A stretch of 63,279 nt of DNA, counting the filler. It is 9 parts of 9 records of this genome, joined end to end, with 100 filler letters (N's around TTAATTAATTAA, not from the genome) between each part and the next. Parts side by side here need not be neighbours in the genome. Positions count along the whole stretch, not along the records: positions 59,529 to 63,279 come from SRR20825010_2920; 8 more parts are not named here. One strand, given 5' to 3'. The notes under the pieces were generated by a model, which was given only the letters and a program-made list of their open reading frames with translations, was not told the origin of the DNA and searched no databases. The translations under genes and the position numbers were made by a program. Below are positions 63,142 to 63,279 of the stretch, in pieces. Position 1 is the first letter of the stretch; each line of letters starts with the position of its first letter.

Positions 63142-63279
63142 CACGATGCCATGGCAATCGCTTCAACTTCTATTTAGTTGCTCATTAAAGGAAAATGTTC
63201 ACATCACTTCAGAAATCTATCGTAAGGGTTAAAAGAGCAAAGCATTATTTGGTTCCTAGTATCTCGGATACGAGTACTG

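Overview
This window is not one contiguous locus. It is nine unrelated contig pieces joined by eight identical 100-bp artificial linkers (N44-TTAATTAATTAA-N44), so adjacency across linkers carries no biological meaning. Taxonomic labels below are inferred from gene content and composition only. (1) 1-10184, Bacteroidota-like: a partial TolC divergent from a lipoprotein-rich cluster of three YHYH proteins, a His1 membrane-anchored protein, a MORN/YwqK-repeat lipoprotein, SCO, a CotH kinase and a lamin-tail-domain protein. Four predicted transcription units share an ECF-sigma-like promoter motif, and two small genes bracketed by REP-like hairpins follow. (2) 10285-21972, alphaproteobacterial 3-/4-hydroxyproline catabolic cluster with a GGT-family gene, GntR, TetR and a TRAP transporter. 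(3) 22073-31851, gammaproteobacterial-like mobile region: an intact, Pho-box-driven ptxABCDE phosphite oxidation operon among decayed Tn3, IS3, group II intron RT, ISL3, merT and nreB-like remnants, plus intact merR and a Tn3 transposase. (4) miaB-phoH-ybeY-corC-lnt-HTH-metK. (5) trpS, a sigma54-driven unknown gene, ribA, cenR-like, yggS, thiE-like. (6) TctCBA transporter plus three oxidoreductases. (7) Bacteroidota terC-family, ABC exporter, gpmI, nadC. (8) DUF2339-type membrane protein. (9) Planctomycete-like apbE, class IV aminotransferase, REP/REPIN-like repeats and hypotheticals. The best candidate for an undescribed system is the co-regulated YHYH-SCO-CotH surface lipoprotein cluster in piece 1.
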